NCBI RefSeq assembly: GCF_014280195.1
Contig: NZ_CP047960.1
Coordinates: forward strand, 300,001-332,000
Direction of reading: 5' to 3'
Length of the DNA stretch: 32,000 nt
Source: Synechococcus sp. A15-24
Lineage (GTDB): Bacteria > Cyanobacteriota > Cyanobacteriia > PCC-6307 > Cyanobiaceae
The notes under the pieces are model-generated. The model was not told the origin of the DNA and did not search any database. It saw nothing but the letters and a program-made list of their open reading frames with translations. Position numbers and translations under genes: made by a program. Positions 19,414 to 27,790 of the stretch are shown one piece after another (the first letter of the stretch is position 1; every line of letters starts with the position of its first letter).

Positions 19414-22401
19414 ATGGGGCATGTCAGCGGTACCCGGGGTGACACCCCCCTCAAGGCAACACGAACGGAGTGGATTGAAACGTTTCGCAGCCGCTCCCGC
19501 CGTGATCTGCGCTCTGGTTGGAGGCGTTCCGACGCGCTGGAGCGCGAGCCGTTCATCTTTGAGTCCTGGGGGAAGAACAACCGCCCTGACTGGGCTGCCC
19601 GTGGATTGCTGATCTGGCCGAGGGGGCGTGCCTGGTTGCGGCTGGAGCAGACCGTGGTTCGGCCGGAGGCCTGGCCAGATGCAAGCCATCACCGGGCTCG
19701 GTTGTGTCTGAGCTGGTGGGCGGAATCGGCACGCCTCTGGGTTGATGGGGTGCTGGTGCATCAAGGCGATCTGTTCGACACCGCCTGTCGCTGGACGCTG
19801 CCGGAGGCTTTTCTTGCCGGACAGGTGCACAGGATCCAGCTGGAGCTCTGCAGTCCCCTCCATGACGACGGAGCGTTGATCAGCAGTTGGCTGGATCTCG
19901 AACCCAACCGTCCCGGCGAGGACCCAGCTGGGGCGTTGTTGCCAGAAGCTTTGCAATTGCACCTCGAGGCAGGAGGTGACTTGCCGTTCGGTTGGGAGCA
20001 GATGGATCCCAACTGTGAGGCGGCGCTCAAGGCGGTTGCGCAGCAGCTGAAAGCGCAGCCCACACCTCACGGCGCTGTGCATTGGTTCGGCCATGCCCAT
20101 CTGGATCTGGCCTGGCTCTGGCCGGTGGCGGACACCTGGCAGGCGGCGGAGCGGACCTTTCGCTCCGCCCTCGCGCTGATGAAACGCTGGCCTGATCTTC
20201 GCTTCGCCCACTCCACGCCAGCGCTTTATGCCTGGATGGAGCACCACAGACCCGAGCTGTTTTCAGCGATCCGCAAGGCCAGTCGGGCCGGCCGCTGGGA
20301 ACCCATCAACGGCCCCTGGGTGGAGACGGATTGTGTGCTGGTGAGCACAGCGTCGCTTTGGCAGCAGTTCGCCATCGGTCAGGCATACAGCCGCGAAACA
20401 TTTCCAGAATGGCGTCATCACCTGGCCTGGCTGCCGGACAGCTTCGGGTTTGCAGCTGGTCTCCCTGCCGTCGCGCATGCCACAGGTGTTCGCTGGTTCT
20501 GCACCCACAAGTTGGCTTGGAATGCCAGTAATCCATTCCCCCATCGTTTGTTCCGGTGGCGCAGCCGCGGTGGGGGGGATGTGATGAGCCTGATGCTCCC
20601 CCCGATCGGACGGCGTGGGGATCCACTGGACATCCTCAAGGAGCAGCGCCAATGGCAGCAATGCAGCGGTGTTTCGGAGTTGTTGTGGATCCCTGGGGTC
20701 GGCGACCACGGTGGCGGACCCACCGAGGAGATGCTGGAGCAGATGCAGCTCTGGGATCCGGAACCCTTGGCGCTGCCCAGGCAGGCGGGGTCACTGCGTC
20801 AGTACCTCGACAGGCTTGAGCCCATGGCAGGGCAGTTGCCGGTCTGGCGGGATGAGCTGTACCTCGAGCTGCATCGCGGCTGTGCCACCAGCCGTCCGGA
20901 TCAGAAACGTCACAACCGCAGCCTGGAGCGCCTGCTGCGGGAGAGCGACACTGTGGCAGCGCTTCTTGCTTTCGCAGGCCGCCCGTCCGTTGGTCGCGAT
21001 TGGCGTCCCCTGCTGTTTCAGCAATTCCACGACATCCTTCCCGGTACCTCCATCCCAGAGGTGTTTGACCAGGCGGAGCCGATCTGGCGCCGGGCCCGCC
21101 GTCAGGCCCGAAATGAGCGTGATCAGGGCCTGCGTCAGTTGCTGGATGTTGGCTCTGGATCTGGTGCCAGCACCACTTGGCTGTGGATGGGCTGGCAGCC
21201 ACTGGCCCGCTGGTCTCCACTTCTGAAATTGCCGCATGGGGCCTGGCATGCCGATGGTGCGGCGCTGCCACAGCAGCCCAGCGTGCAGGGCGGCACGTGG
21301 GTGCAGCTGCCCGAGCAGCGCGGGATCTGTTCTGTGGCGCTGAGCGATGGTCCTGCGGGCAGCGGGGAGATCGCGCCCAGGCATCCGGTCAGCGTGGTGC
21401 GGGTGTCGCCAGAGATCTGGCGTGTCAGCAATGGCTTAGTGGAGTTTGAGTGCTCCCCTGTAGGGCTGTTGCAGCTTCGGGATGCTCAGGGGGTTGATCA
21501 GCTTTCGGCACCTTTGCGCCCCTGCCGTTACCGGGACAGGGGTGAGTTCTGGGATGCCTGGGACATCACTGCGGAATACCGGAGGCATCCGCTGGAGCTG
21601 GTGCCCGTCGGGTCGGTTCAGCTGCGCGAGTCCGGTCCACTGGTGGCCCAGCTCGTAGTGACCTATCGGGTGGGTGCCAGCCGGATGCGCCTGGATCTGC
21701 GCCTCAAAGCGGATTGCCCCTGGTTGGAGCTGATCGTGTCTGTGGACTGGTGTCAGCGCCATGAGCTGCTGCGGTTGGACATCCCCCTCGCATCAACGGC
21801 GGTGCGTCTTGCGGCAGATACCAGTGGCGGGGTGATCGAACGTCCAGCGCATCCCCAGACCCCCCGTGAACAAGAGCGATGGGAAGTGCCGGCGATCTCC
21901 TGGCTGGCCTGTCAGGCCAAGGCTCCCGGCGGCGGCATCGCTGTTCTCTTGGATGGTCCGCAGGGGGTGGATGGGGCCACGGATCGATTGGGTGTTTCGC
22001 TGCTGCGTGGTGCCACCTGGCCGGATCCATCGGCGGATCAGGGCCAGCAGCGGATGCGATTGGCGCTGATGCCGTTTCAAGGCAGCTGGGCCCACGCAGC
22101 GGTACCGCAGGCAGCCATCGGCTTTCGCGAACCTGGCTGGCACGGACCGATCGCGGCAAGACAGCACCAGGCATCGATGGGGACACACCGCTGGTTGCCA
22201 GCGATTCCACGCCGGCTATGTCCGATCGCTCTGCGCCCAGACGCCAACGGCGTGGTGCTGCAACTGCTCAATCCAGGAGCTTCACGGTGCCGCTGGCAGC
22301 CTGGAGAAGGCTGGAAGGTGGGTCGAGCGGTCGCCGCTGACGACTGGATCGAACTGGCACCAGGGGAACTGGTTGAGCTGCGGTTGGCTCAGTCCTCGTG
22401 A
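19414..22401 (+). CDS. glycoside hydrolase family 38 (alpha-mannosidase-like)
   Basis: About 995 aa. It has the GH38 metal-binding motif GHAHLDLAWLWP and the nucleophile context WLPDSFGF. The track start (19363) lies inside psbI on the other strand, so the first ATG outside it, 19414 (MGHVSG...), is used. Confidence 0.85.
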   Translation: MGHVSGTRGDTPLKATRTEWIETFRSRSRRDLRSGWRRSDALEREPFIFESWGKNNRPDWAARGLLIWPRGRAWLRLEQTVVRPEAWPDASHHRARLCLSWWAESARLWVDGVLVHQGDLFDTACRWTLPEAFLAGQVHRIQLELCSPLHDDGALISSWLDLEPNRPGEDPAGALLPEALQLHLEAGGDLPFGWEQMDPNCEAALKAVAQQLKAQPTPHGAVHWFGHAHLDLAWLWPVADTWQAAERTFRSALALMKRWPDLRFAHSTPALYAWMEHHRPELFSAIRKASRAGRWEPINGPWVETDCVLVSTASLWQQFAIGQAYSRETFPEWRHHLAWLPDSFGFAAGLPAVAHATGVRWFCTHKLAWNASNPFPHRLFRWRSRGGGDVMSLMLPPIGRRGDPLDILKEQRQWQQCSGVSELLWIPGVGDHGGGPTEEMLEQMQLWDPEPLALPRQAGSLRQYLDRLEPMAGQLPVWRDELYLELHRGCATSRPDQKRHNRSLERLLRESDTVAALLAFAGRPSVGRDWRPLLFQQFHDILPGTSIPEVFDQAEPIWRRARRQARNERDQGLRQLLDVGSGSGASTTWLWMGWQPLARWSPLLKLPHGAWHADGAALPQQPSVQGGTWVQLPEQRGICSVALSDGPAGSGEIAPRHPVSVVRVSPEIWRVSNGLVEFECSPVGLLQLRDAQGVDQLSAPLRPCRYRDRGEFWDAWDITAEYRRHPLELVPVGSVQLRESGPLVAQLVVTYRVGASRMRLDLRLKADCPWLELIVSVDWCQRHELLRLDIPLASTAVRLAADTSGGVIERPAHPQTPREQERWEVPAISWLACQAKAPGGGIAVLLDGPQGVDGATDRLGVSLLRGATWPDPSADQGQQRMRLALMPFQGSWAHAAVPQAAIGFREPGWHGPIAARQHQASMGTHRWLPAIPRRLCPIALRPDANGVVLQLLNPGASRCRWQPGEGWKVGRAVAADDWIELAPGELVELRLAQSS

Positions 22402-22529
22402 TCGTCGAAGGGATCATCCAGCGCCTTGGACGGCGGACCGAAGGCCTGGTACACACCGAAACCGGTCATGCCGAGCAGAACGGCGAGCACTCCGATAGCA
22501 ACGGAGAGGGCAGGGGACGACGTTTCCAT
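22389..22529 (-). CDS. psbN: photosystem II protein N (assembly factor)
   Basis: Hand translation gives [46 protein letters not shown] (46 aa), a typical PsbN. It is divergent from psbH, as in cyanobacteria and plastids. Confidence 0.93.
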   Translation of the reverse strand: METSSPALSVAIGVLAVLLGMTGFGVYQAFGPPSKALDDPFDDHED

Positions 22530-22615
22530 CACATCTCTCGACAGGACCGACCCCGAAACGGAATCGGCCCCTACAGTATCCAGACTTCAATTCACCCGAG
22601 ACCCAAAGCGTCGCC

Positions 22616-22816
22616 ATGGCTCAACGCACCCGTCTGGGAGACCTTCTCCGCCCTCTGAACTCCGAGTACGGCAAGGTCGTCCCCGGCTGGGGAACAACGC
22701 CCGTGATGGGCATCTTCATGGTCTTGTTCCTGGTGTTCCTGTTGGTGATTCTTCAGCTGTACAACAAGTCGCTGATCCTGGAAGGTATCAACGTCAACTG
22801 GAACGGTCTGGGTTGA
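22616..22816 (+). CDS. psbH: photosystem II phosphoprotein H
   Basis: 66 aa: [32 protein letters not shown]...[21 protein letters not shown], a canonical PsbH. Confidence 0.95.
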   Translation: MAQRTRLGDLLRPLNSEYGKVVPGWGTTPVMGIFMVLFLVFLLVILQLYNKSLILEGINVNWNGLG

Positions 22817-22823
22817 TCGATCG

Positions 22824-23057
22824 ATGAATGTTTTCGGAGTCGGCCTACCCGAAATGGCGGTGATCGGCGCCGTTGCATTGCTTGTTTTCGGCCCCAAGCG
22901 TTTGCCTGAGCTTGGCCGAACACTTGGAAAAACATTGAAGGGCTTTCAATCGGCCTCGAAGGAATTCGAGCGGGAAATCAACAAAGCCATGGCAGATCCG
23001 GAACAGCAGCCCTCTTCCGACATTGAAGAACCCACCGCGAAACCCTCCAACGACTGA
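22824..23057 (+). CDS. tatA: twin-arginine translocase subunit TatA/E
   Basis: 77 aa. N-terminal TM helix plus amphipathic helix, with the FGPKRLPELGRTLGKTLKGF motif. Confidence 0.9.
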   Translation: MNVFGVGLPEMAVIGAVALLVFGPKRLPELGRTLGKTLKGFQSASKEFEREINKAMADPEQQPSSDIEEPTAKPSND

Positions 23058-23063
23058 CTCCTG

Positions 23064-23675
23064 ATGGCCGATGTGCTCCGGCTGGTGGTCGGCCTGGGCA
23101 ATCCAGGCACGAAGTACGAGGGAACCCGTCACAACATCGGCTTCATGGCATTGGAGCGGATGGCATCACGCGAGGGCTTCAGTTTTCGTCAGCAGAGCAA
23201 GTTGCATGGCCTGGCTTCGGAGTGCGGCATCGGTGAAAGCCGACTGAGGCTGCTCATGCCTCAGACCTACATGAACGACAGCGGTCGGTCCATCCGCGCA
23301 GCGCTCGACTGGTTTGGCTTCACGCCGGAACAACTGCTGGTTCTGGTGGATGACATGGACATCCCCCTGGGACGTCTGCGGTTGCGGGCCCAGGGCAGTG
23401 CTGGAGGTCACAACGGTTTGCGGAGCACAATCCAGCACCTGGGTACTCAGGCCTTTCCGCGCCTGCGCATCGGCATTGGTGCTCCTGCTGACAATCCCGC
23501 GGAACGGCGGGCGCGCACCGTGTCCCACGTGCTCGGTCCCTTCAGTCGTGCTGAGCAGCCTGAGGTGGATGCCGTGCTGGACGGTGTGTTAAAGGCCATC
23601 CAGCGCATTCAGCGCCAGGGTCTGGACCGCGCCGGCAATTGGATCAACGGCTTCCGTCCGGCCTTAGTGGAATGA
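23064..23675 (+). CDS. pth: peptidyl-tRNA hydrolase
   Basis: 203 aa with the VVGLGNPGTKYEGTRHNIGF and LLVLVDDMDIPLGRLRLR motifs. Confidence 0.95.
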   Translation: MADVLRLVVGLGNPGTKYEGTRHNIGFMALERMASREGFSFRQQSKLHGLASECGIGESRLRLLMPQTYMNDSGRSIRAALDWFGFTPEQLLVLVDDMDIPLGRLRLRAQGSAGGHNGLRSTIQHLGTQAFPRLRIGIGAPADNPAERRARTVSHVLGPFSRAEQPEVDAVLDGVLKAIQRIQRQGLDRAGNWINGFRPALVE

Positions 23676-23929
23676 CAGCGCTTCCCGCCACGACAGCCCA
23701 CCTCAGGGTTTTGCGGCAGTGCTTCAGTGATCAATGTGTTGAGGGTGAAGTCTCGGCAGGCGGTTTCGAGTGGACCTTTCAATGGGCCTTCGATCGCGGT
23801 GAGCTCACTGTTGAGCCGTCCCTGGGGCGAGCCCTTATTCAGGACGCGTTGCTGCGCTTTCTGGTGCGCGCCGACTATCGATTGGAGCCCGGCGGGGATT
23901 ACACCTTCACGGTACGGGCACGCTTTTGA
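23672..23929 (+). CDS. small conserved-looking hypothetical protein (85 aa)
   Basis: ATG 23672 overlaps the pth stop (ATGA). Sequence is MTALPATTAHLRVLRQCFSDQCVEGEVSAGGFEWTFQWAFDRGELTVEPSLGRALIQDALLRFLVRADYRLEPGGDYTFTVRARF. No family recognised. Confidence 0.55.
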   Translation: MTALPATTAHLRVLRQCFSDQCVEGEVSAGGFEWTFQWAFDRGELTVEPSLGRALIQDALLRFLVRADYRLEPGGDYTFTVRARF

Positions 23930-24347
23930 AGGCCGGTCGCGGCTGAGGCCACTGGCACCGATAGCCGAGGTGATCTTCGACCATCACCAGAGCTGCCACC
24001 GCATCCAACTCACCAGGGGGAAGCCGCAGGCCCCGCGGCAGCAGTTGCCTCCATCCCCAGGCGGGCCAGAGCTGCCAGTAGCGCTCCCGGGCGCGCAGGG
24101 TTGTTCCCCTTTCATCAACGATTTCAATGGAGGCCAGTCGTTGCAACGCTGAATTCCATTGATCTGAGCTGGTGCCGTTCCCCAACAGGATCAACCGCAG
24201 CTCCCCCTGGTTGGACCAGGTCTTCAGCTGACTGATGACGCGCGATGGGGGCAGCACGACACCATCGATGACCAGGCGCTGATCAGGATCCACCAACACC
24301 AGGCCGCACTTGGCACGACCGGGGTCAAGTCCCACCAGATGGCTCAT
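23907..24347 (-). CDS. small RNase H-fold nuclease, RuvC/YqgF(RuvX)-like putative resolvase
   Basis: 146 aa. N-terminal GLDPGRAKCGLVLVD resembles the first catalytic-Asp strand of RuvC/RuvX. There is also a VDERGTTLRARERYW segment, and a C-terminal ELDAVAALVMVEDHL that resembles the RuvC acidic C-terminal motif. Confidence 0.65.
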   Translation of the reverse strand: MSHLVGLDPGRAKCGLVLVDPDQRLVIDGVVLPPSRVISQLKTWSNQGELRLILLGNGTSSDQWNSALQRLASIEIVDERGTTLRARERYWQLWPAWGWRQLLPRGLRLPPGELDAVAALVMVEDHLGYRCQWPQPRPAFKSVPVP

Positions 24348-25498
24348 GGCTCCATGATCACCCTGACGGCGACAGGATCCGCCGTGTCGCTGCTGCGGAC
24401 AGCGATCACCTGCAGCTCGAGCGGTTCGTTGTCGGTTCGATCCACCAGCGCGAGACCCAGCTCGTTCAGTGCGCTGCCATCGAACTGCAGTCCTTCACTG
24501 AGCGAACCACGGCGTTGAACTTCTGCAAAGGCTGAAGCCAGCAGCAGGTTGAGCCGTGTTCTGACCGCCTCTGATCCGCGTTCGTCCTGCTCGAGGGTGG
24601 TGGTGGCCAGCACCTCGTCGACGCGGGTGATGGTTCTGTTCGGCTTCACATCCGGGTAGGCATACACCACGGACTCACCCCGCAGCACATTGCCAGCCGA
24701 ACGCATCGACACGACCCAGGTGCCGGATTGACGCAGGGTTTGTTGCAGCCGTTCCACATCTCCTCGGGGAACCAGCAGGATCTGACGATCCGGGGTTTCC
24801 CCTGGTCTGACCCTTACGTAGGCGGTTTGGTTGGCTTCCTGCAGCAACCGATCCACCACCTGCTTGGCCTGACCTGGTTTCTCCAGCCTCACCGTGGCAG
24901 TCGCCAGGGCCTGGCCACTGCGCAGTACAACGGATCCACGGCGCAAGGCCAGCAGGTCCTGCTCTAAAGACTTGAGCTCCTTTTCCCCAGCCTTGATCCG
25001 ATCGCGCACACCGCGCAATTCGGCTTCCGTCCGCTGAATATCGACGTCCCTGGCCTGGATGTCGGCGTTCAGTCGGTTCCGTTCCTGCTCCAGTTGACGC
25101 TTTTGCTGTTGCAGTGGTTCCAGCTCTCGGCGAAGGGTTGCGGACCGTTGCCGGGTGGAAATTAATTCCGCCTCGATCCGCTCCGTCGCTGACCGAGCCT
25201 CGCGCCGCTCCGTTTCGGCCGCATCAAGGGCCGCACGGCTGTCCCTGAGTCTGGCCTGGAGGGCATCGAGCTCGAACAGTCCAACCCGAAGCTGGCGGCT
25301 CACCAGGAGCAGAAGACCCAGGGACAGAGCACTGATCAGGCTGCCGGTGAGCACTGTGATCAAGACAGCTGTGCGACGCGGCCTCAGATTGAACAGGCTG
25401 AGCCGAGCCTTTCCCACGCGACTGCCCAGCCGATCCCCCAGGGTCGACAGCACGCCTCCGAGGATCAGCAAAGCCAGGATCAGCAGCCAGCCGCTCAT
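24344..25498 (-). CDS. membrane-anchored coiled-coil protein (resembles cyanobacterial DUF3084, from memory)
   Basis: 384 aa. Two N-terminal TM helices are followed by about 130 aa of heptad-like, Arg/Glu/Leu/Gln-rich sequence (ELDALQARLRDSRAALDAAETERREA...KELKSLEQDLLALRRG) and a roughly 170-aa globular C-terminus. Confidence 0.72.
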   Translation of the reverse strand: MSGWLLILALLILGGVLSTLGDRLGSRVGKARLSLFNLRPRRTAVLITVLTGSLISALSLGLLLLVSRQLRVGLFELDALQARLRDSRAALDAAETERREARSATERIEAELISTRQRSATLRRELEPLQQQKRQLEQERNRLNADIQARDVDIQRTEAELRGVRDRIKAGEKELKSLEQDLLALRRGSVVLRSGQALATATVRLEKPGQAKQVVDRLLQEANQTAYVRVRPGETPDRQILLVPRGDVERLQQTLRQSGTWVVSMRSAGNVLRGESVVYAYPDVKPNRTITRVDEVLATTTLEQDERGSEAVRTRLNLLLASAFAEVQRRGSLSEGLQFDGSALNELGLALVDRTDNEPLELQVIAVRSSDTADPVAVRVIMEP

Positions 25499-25525
25499 CA
25501 GACCCCCATCGCACGGGGGGTGGAC

Positions 25526-26239
25526 TCAGCTGAACCGCTTGGCCAGGGCGATGGGATCCAACACCGTGATCTTCTTGCGGTCAATCTGCACGAGTCCGGA
25601 TTGGCGCAAGTCTCCCAGCAGACGGGTGATGGTGACGCGTGTGGAGCCGATCGCTTCGGCAATGGCTTGATGAGACAGGCGCAGATCAATCGTGATGCCA
25701 AGTTCATCGGGCACGCCGAAATCCCTGCACAGCACGAGCAGAAAACTCACCAATCGGGATGACATATCGCGATGGGTGAGGGTTTCGATCATCGTTTCCG
25801 TCTGCAGGATCCGACTGGAGAGACCCTGCAGAAGACGCAGGCCGACACCGGTGTCCGCCTCGATGGCAGCACGCACAGAGGCGGCCGGTGCGGTCACCAT
25901 TTCCACCCGCGTGAAGGCAACAGCGTGATAAAAGCGGTCGGATCGGTGTCCGGTGAGCAGTGACAGCACTCCGAACAGGCTGTTTTCCCGCAGAAGCGCC
26001 ACGGTGATCTCTTCGCCTGATTCGTACACCCTGGACAGGCGCACGGCTCCGCGACGGATCAGGTACACCCTTTCGGCCGGATCCCCCGGGAAGAAAATCG
26101 TCTTGTTGCGTTCCACCAACTCGGTGCTGGCTCCATCCAGATCACGGATGACATCCAGAAGGGTGCGGTTTCGTTCGGCTGCACCCGCAACCTGCGGTTG
26201 CTGGGGGGAATAGCGACTGAAACCACTGTTAGCCACCAT
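25526..26239 (-). CDS. ntcA: global nitrogen regulator NtcA (CRP/FNR family)
   Basis: 237 aa. cNMP-like effector domain ([25 protein letters not shown]) and the C-terminal [27 protein letters not shown] characteristic of NtcA. Confidence 0.95.
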   Translation of the reverse strand: MVANSGFSRYSPQQPQVAGAAERNRTLLDVIRDLDGASTELVERNKTIFFPGDPAERVYLIRRGAVRLSRVYESGEEITVALLRENSLFGVLSLLTGHRSDRFYHAVAFTRVEMVTAPAASVRAAIEADTGVGLRLLQGLSSRILQTETMIETLTHRDMSSRLVSFLLVLCRDFGVPDELGITIDLRLSHQAIAEAIGSTRVTITRLLGDLRQSGLVQIDRKKITVLDPIALAKRFS

Positions 26240-26260
26240 GGTTTCCTCGCAACTGCTGGG

Positions 26261-26302
26261 AAGTTACGAATGTGCCCTGACGAGCCATGTAGTCGTTATT
26301 AC
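26261..26302 (-). promoter_or_regulatory. canonical NtcA-activated promoter of ntcA (GTA-N8-TAC, N22, TAN3T)
   Basis: The minus strand reads GTAATAACGACTAC (26302-26289), exactly 22 nt, then TAACTT (26266-26261). The implied start is about 15 nt upstream of ATG 26239, which is preceded by GAGGA. Confidence 0.7.
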
Positions 26303-27048
26303 GAAATCGCTGAACCGGCGGCTGTGGCCAGGGCGAAACGCTGACCTTGCATCAGCTCCTGAAGTCCTGATTCAGCCAGGTTGAGCATGGCATCGAGTTC
26401 GGAGCGGCTGAAGGGTGCCTGCTCTGCCGTCCCTTGCAGTTCCAGCAGGCGGCCATCACCGGCGGTGACCACATTGAGATCCACGTCGGCACGGCTGTCT
26501 TCGCTGTAGTCGAGATCCAGCAGCGGGATCCCGTCGATCAACCCTACCGAAACCGCCGCCAGCTGCTGGCGAATCGGATCCTGCGTCAACACACCCTGGG
26601 AGCGGAGTTGATCACAGGCTCGGCGCAAGGCGATCCAGGCCCCGGTGATCGAGGCGGTGCGGGTGCCGGCGTCGGCCTGGATCACATCGCAGTCGATCAG
26701 CAGCGTGCGCTCGCCGAGGGCGTCCATGTTGAGAACAGCCCGGAGACTGCGACCGATCAGGCGTTGGATCTCCTGCGTTCTGCCCGAGAGTTTCATCAAC
26801 TCTCGCGACTGCCGTTGCGGTGTCGAACCGGGAAGCAGTCGATATTCAGCGCTGAGCCAGCCGCAACCGTTCCCCCGGCGCCAGCGGGGGACGTCCTCCT
26901 CCAAGGAAACGCTGCAGAGCACTGCGGTACGGCCCGTACGCACGATGAGGGAGCTGAGGGCGAAGGACATCGGATCCCAGTCCACGGAGAAGGGGCGCAA
27001 CTCACTAGCTCCCCGGCCATCGGCCCGCGGGGGCGTGGGTGCAGGCAT
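26299..27048 (-). CDS. rph: ribonuclease PH
   Basis: RNase PH motifs RADGRGASELRP, GWLSAEYRLLPGST and CDVIQADAGTRTASITGA. ATG 27048 gives 249 aa. The track's 304-aa version adds a non-homologous extension. Confidence 0.92.
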   Translation of the reverse strand: MPAPTPPRADGRGASELRPFSVDWDPMSFALSSLIVRTGRTAVLCSVSLEEDVPRWRRGNGCGWLSAEYRLLPGSTPQRQSRELMKLSGRTQEIQRLIGRSLRAVLNMDALGERTLLIDCDVIQADAGTRTASITGAWIALRRACDQLRSQGVLTQDPIRQQLAAVSVGLIDGIPLLDLDYSEDSRADVDLNVVTAGDGRLLELQGTAEQAPFSRSELDAMLNLAESGLQELMQGQRFALATAAGSAIS

Positions 27049-27181
27049 CGGCGCATCACAGCTGTCATCAAGCCTGACAGGCGATGCCCCGGCTTGATGG
27101 AACGTCACACCATGGATGGTGTCTTGACCCTTGTGGGGTGGCTTTGCACCGCTACATTCAAGGTCTGCCGGGATCTCCCGG

Positions 27182-27790
27182 ATGCCTGCAGCCGAGATGA
27201 CCGCCAGCCTCACCTCAAGCCATCGTTCCTCGGACTCCGTGGCTCAGGACCACAGGTCTCTGGAGCAGGCTGGTCTCCTTCCGTTGGTGCCGGTTCGCCC
27301 ACCCCTGCAGCTGGTGGAGCCGGAGGGGCAGCTTCAGGTTCACACCGCGACCTATCGCGGCAGCTTCTCCAGTGTTCTCAGCCAGGCGATGCGCACCGCT
27401 GGGCTGGGCAGTCGAGTGCTGATTGCTCAATTCCTCAAAGGTGGGGTGCATCAGGGACCGCAAGGTTGCGTACGTCTTTGCGGCGGACTCACCTGGCTCC
27501 GCCCCGATGTACCGGCTTGTCTTTCTCAAGCTGATCACCCTGGTGGTGCGGCGGCTGTTGATGCGGTTTGGCAGTCCTGCCGTCGCCATCTGCGTGATGG
27601 CGACATCGATCAGCTGGTTCTGGATGAAGTCGGCCTCGCCGTTGGGTTGGGCTACGTCGAGGAGGGCGCGCTGCTGGATGCCCTCGACCAGCGGCCGCCC
27701 GCCATGGATGTGGTGATCACAGGGCCCGCCATTCCCCCCAGCATCGTGGCCATGGCTGATCAGGTCACCCAATTGCGTCGAGGTTTCTGA
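27182..27790 (+). CDS. CobA/CobO/BtuR-family (cob(I)alamin adenosyltransferase-like) protein lacking a recognisable P-loop
   Basis: The sequence is collinear with CobA: AQFLKGG, VWQSCRRHL, QLVLDEVG, DVVITGP, QVTQLRRG. At the P-loop position it reads HTATYRGSFSS instead of GNGKGK(T/S)T. The start is ambiguous among ATG 27182, ATG 27197 and TTG 27131. Confidence 0.8.
   Translation: MPAAEMTASLTSSHRSSDSVAQDHRSLEQAGLLPLVPVRPPLQLVEPEGQLQVHTATYRGSFSSVLSQAMRTAGLGSRVLIAQFLKGGVHQGPQGCVRLCGGLTWLRPDVPACLSQADHPGGAAAVDAVWQSCRRHLRDGDIDQLVLDEVGLAVGLGYVEEGALLDALDQRPPAMDVVITGPAIPPSIVAMADQVTQLRRGF

Noticed and set aside
19252-20247. 331-aa minus-strand ORF antisense to the GH38 5' half and overlapping psbI in another frame.
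   Set aside because: It is a codon-aligned shadow of GH38. The genuine minus-strand gene here is the 39-aa psbI (19257-19376), in a different frame.
27084-27200. 38-codon upstream ORF (MPRLDGTSHHGWCLDPCGVALHRYIQGLPGSPGCLQPR) whose TGA overlaps ATG 27197.
   Set aside because: It has no Shine-Dalgarno-like sequence and its composition is unremarkable. It would only be meaningful if ATG 27197, not 27182, is the real start. I cannot support it as a leader peptide from sequence alone.
27049-27213. 5' extension of rph (304-aa version).
   Set aside because: RNase PH homology starts right after MPAPTPPRADGRG (ATG 27048). The extension would consume the whole divergent promoter region and overlap the CobO-like start.
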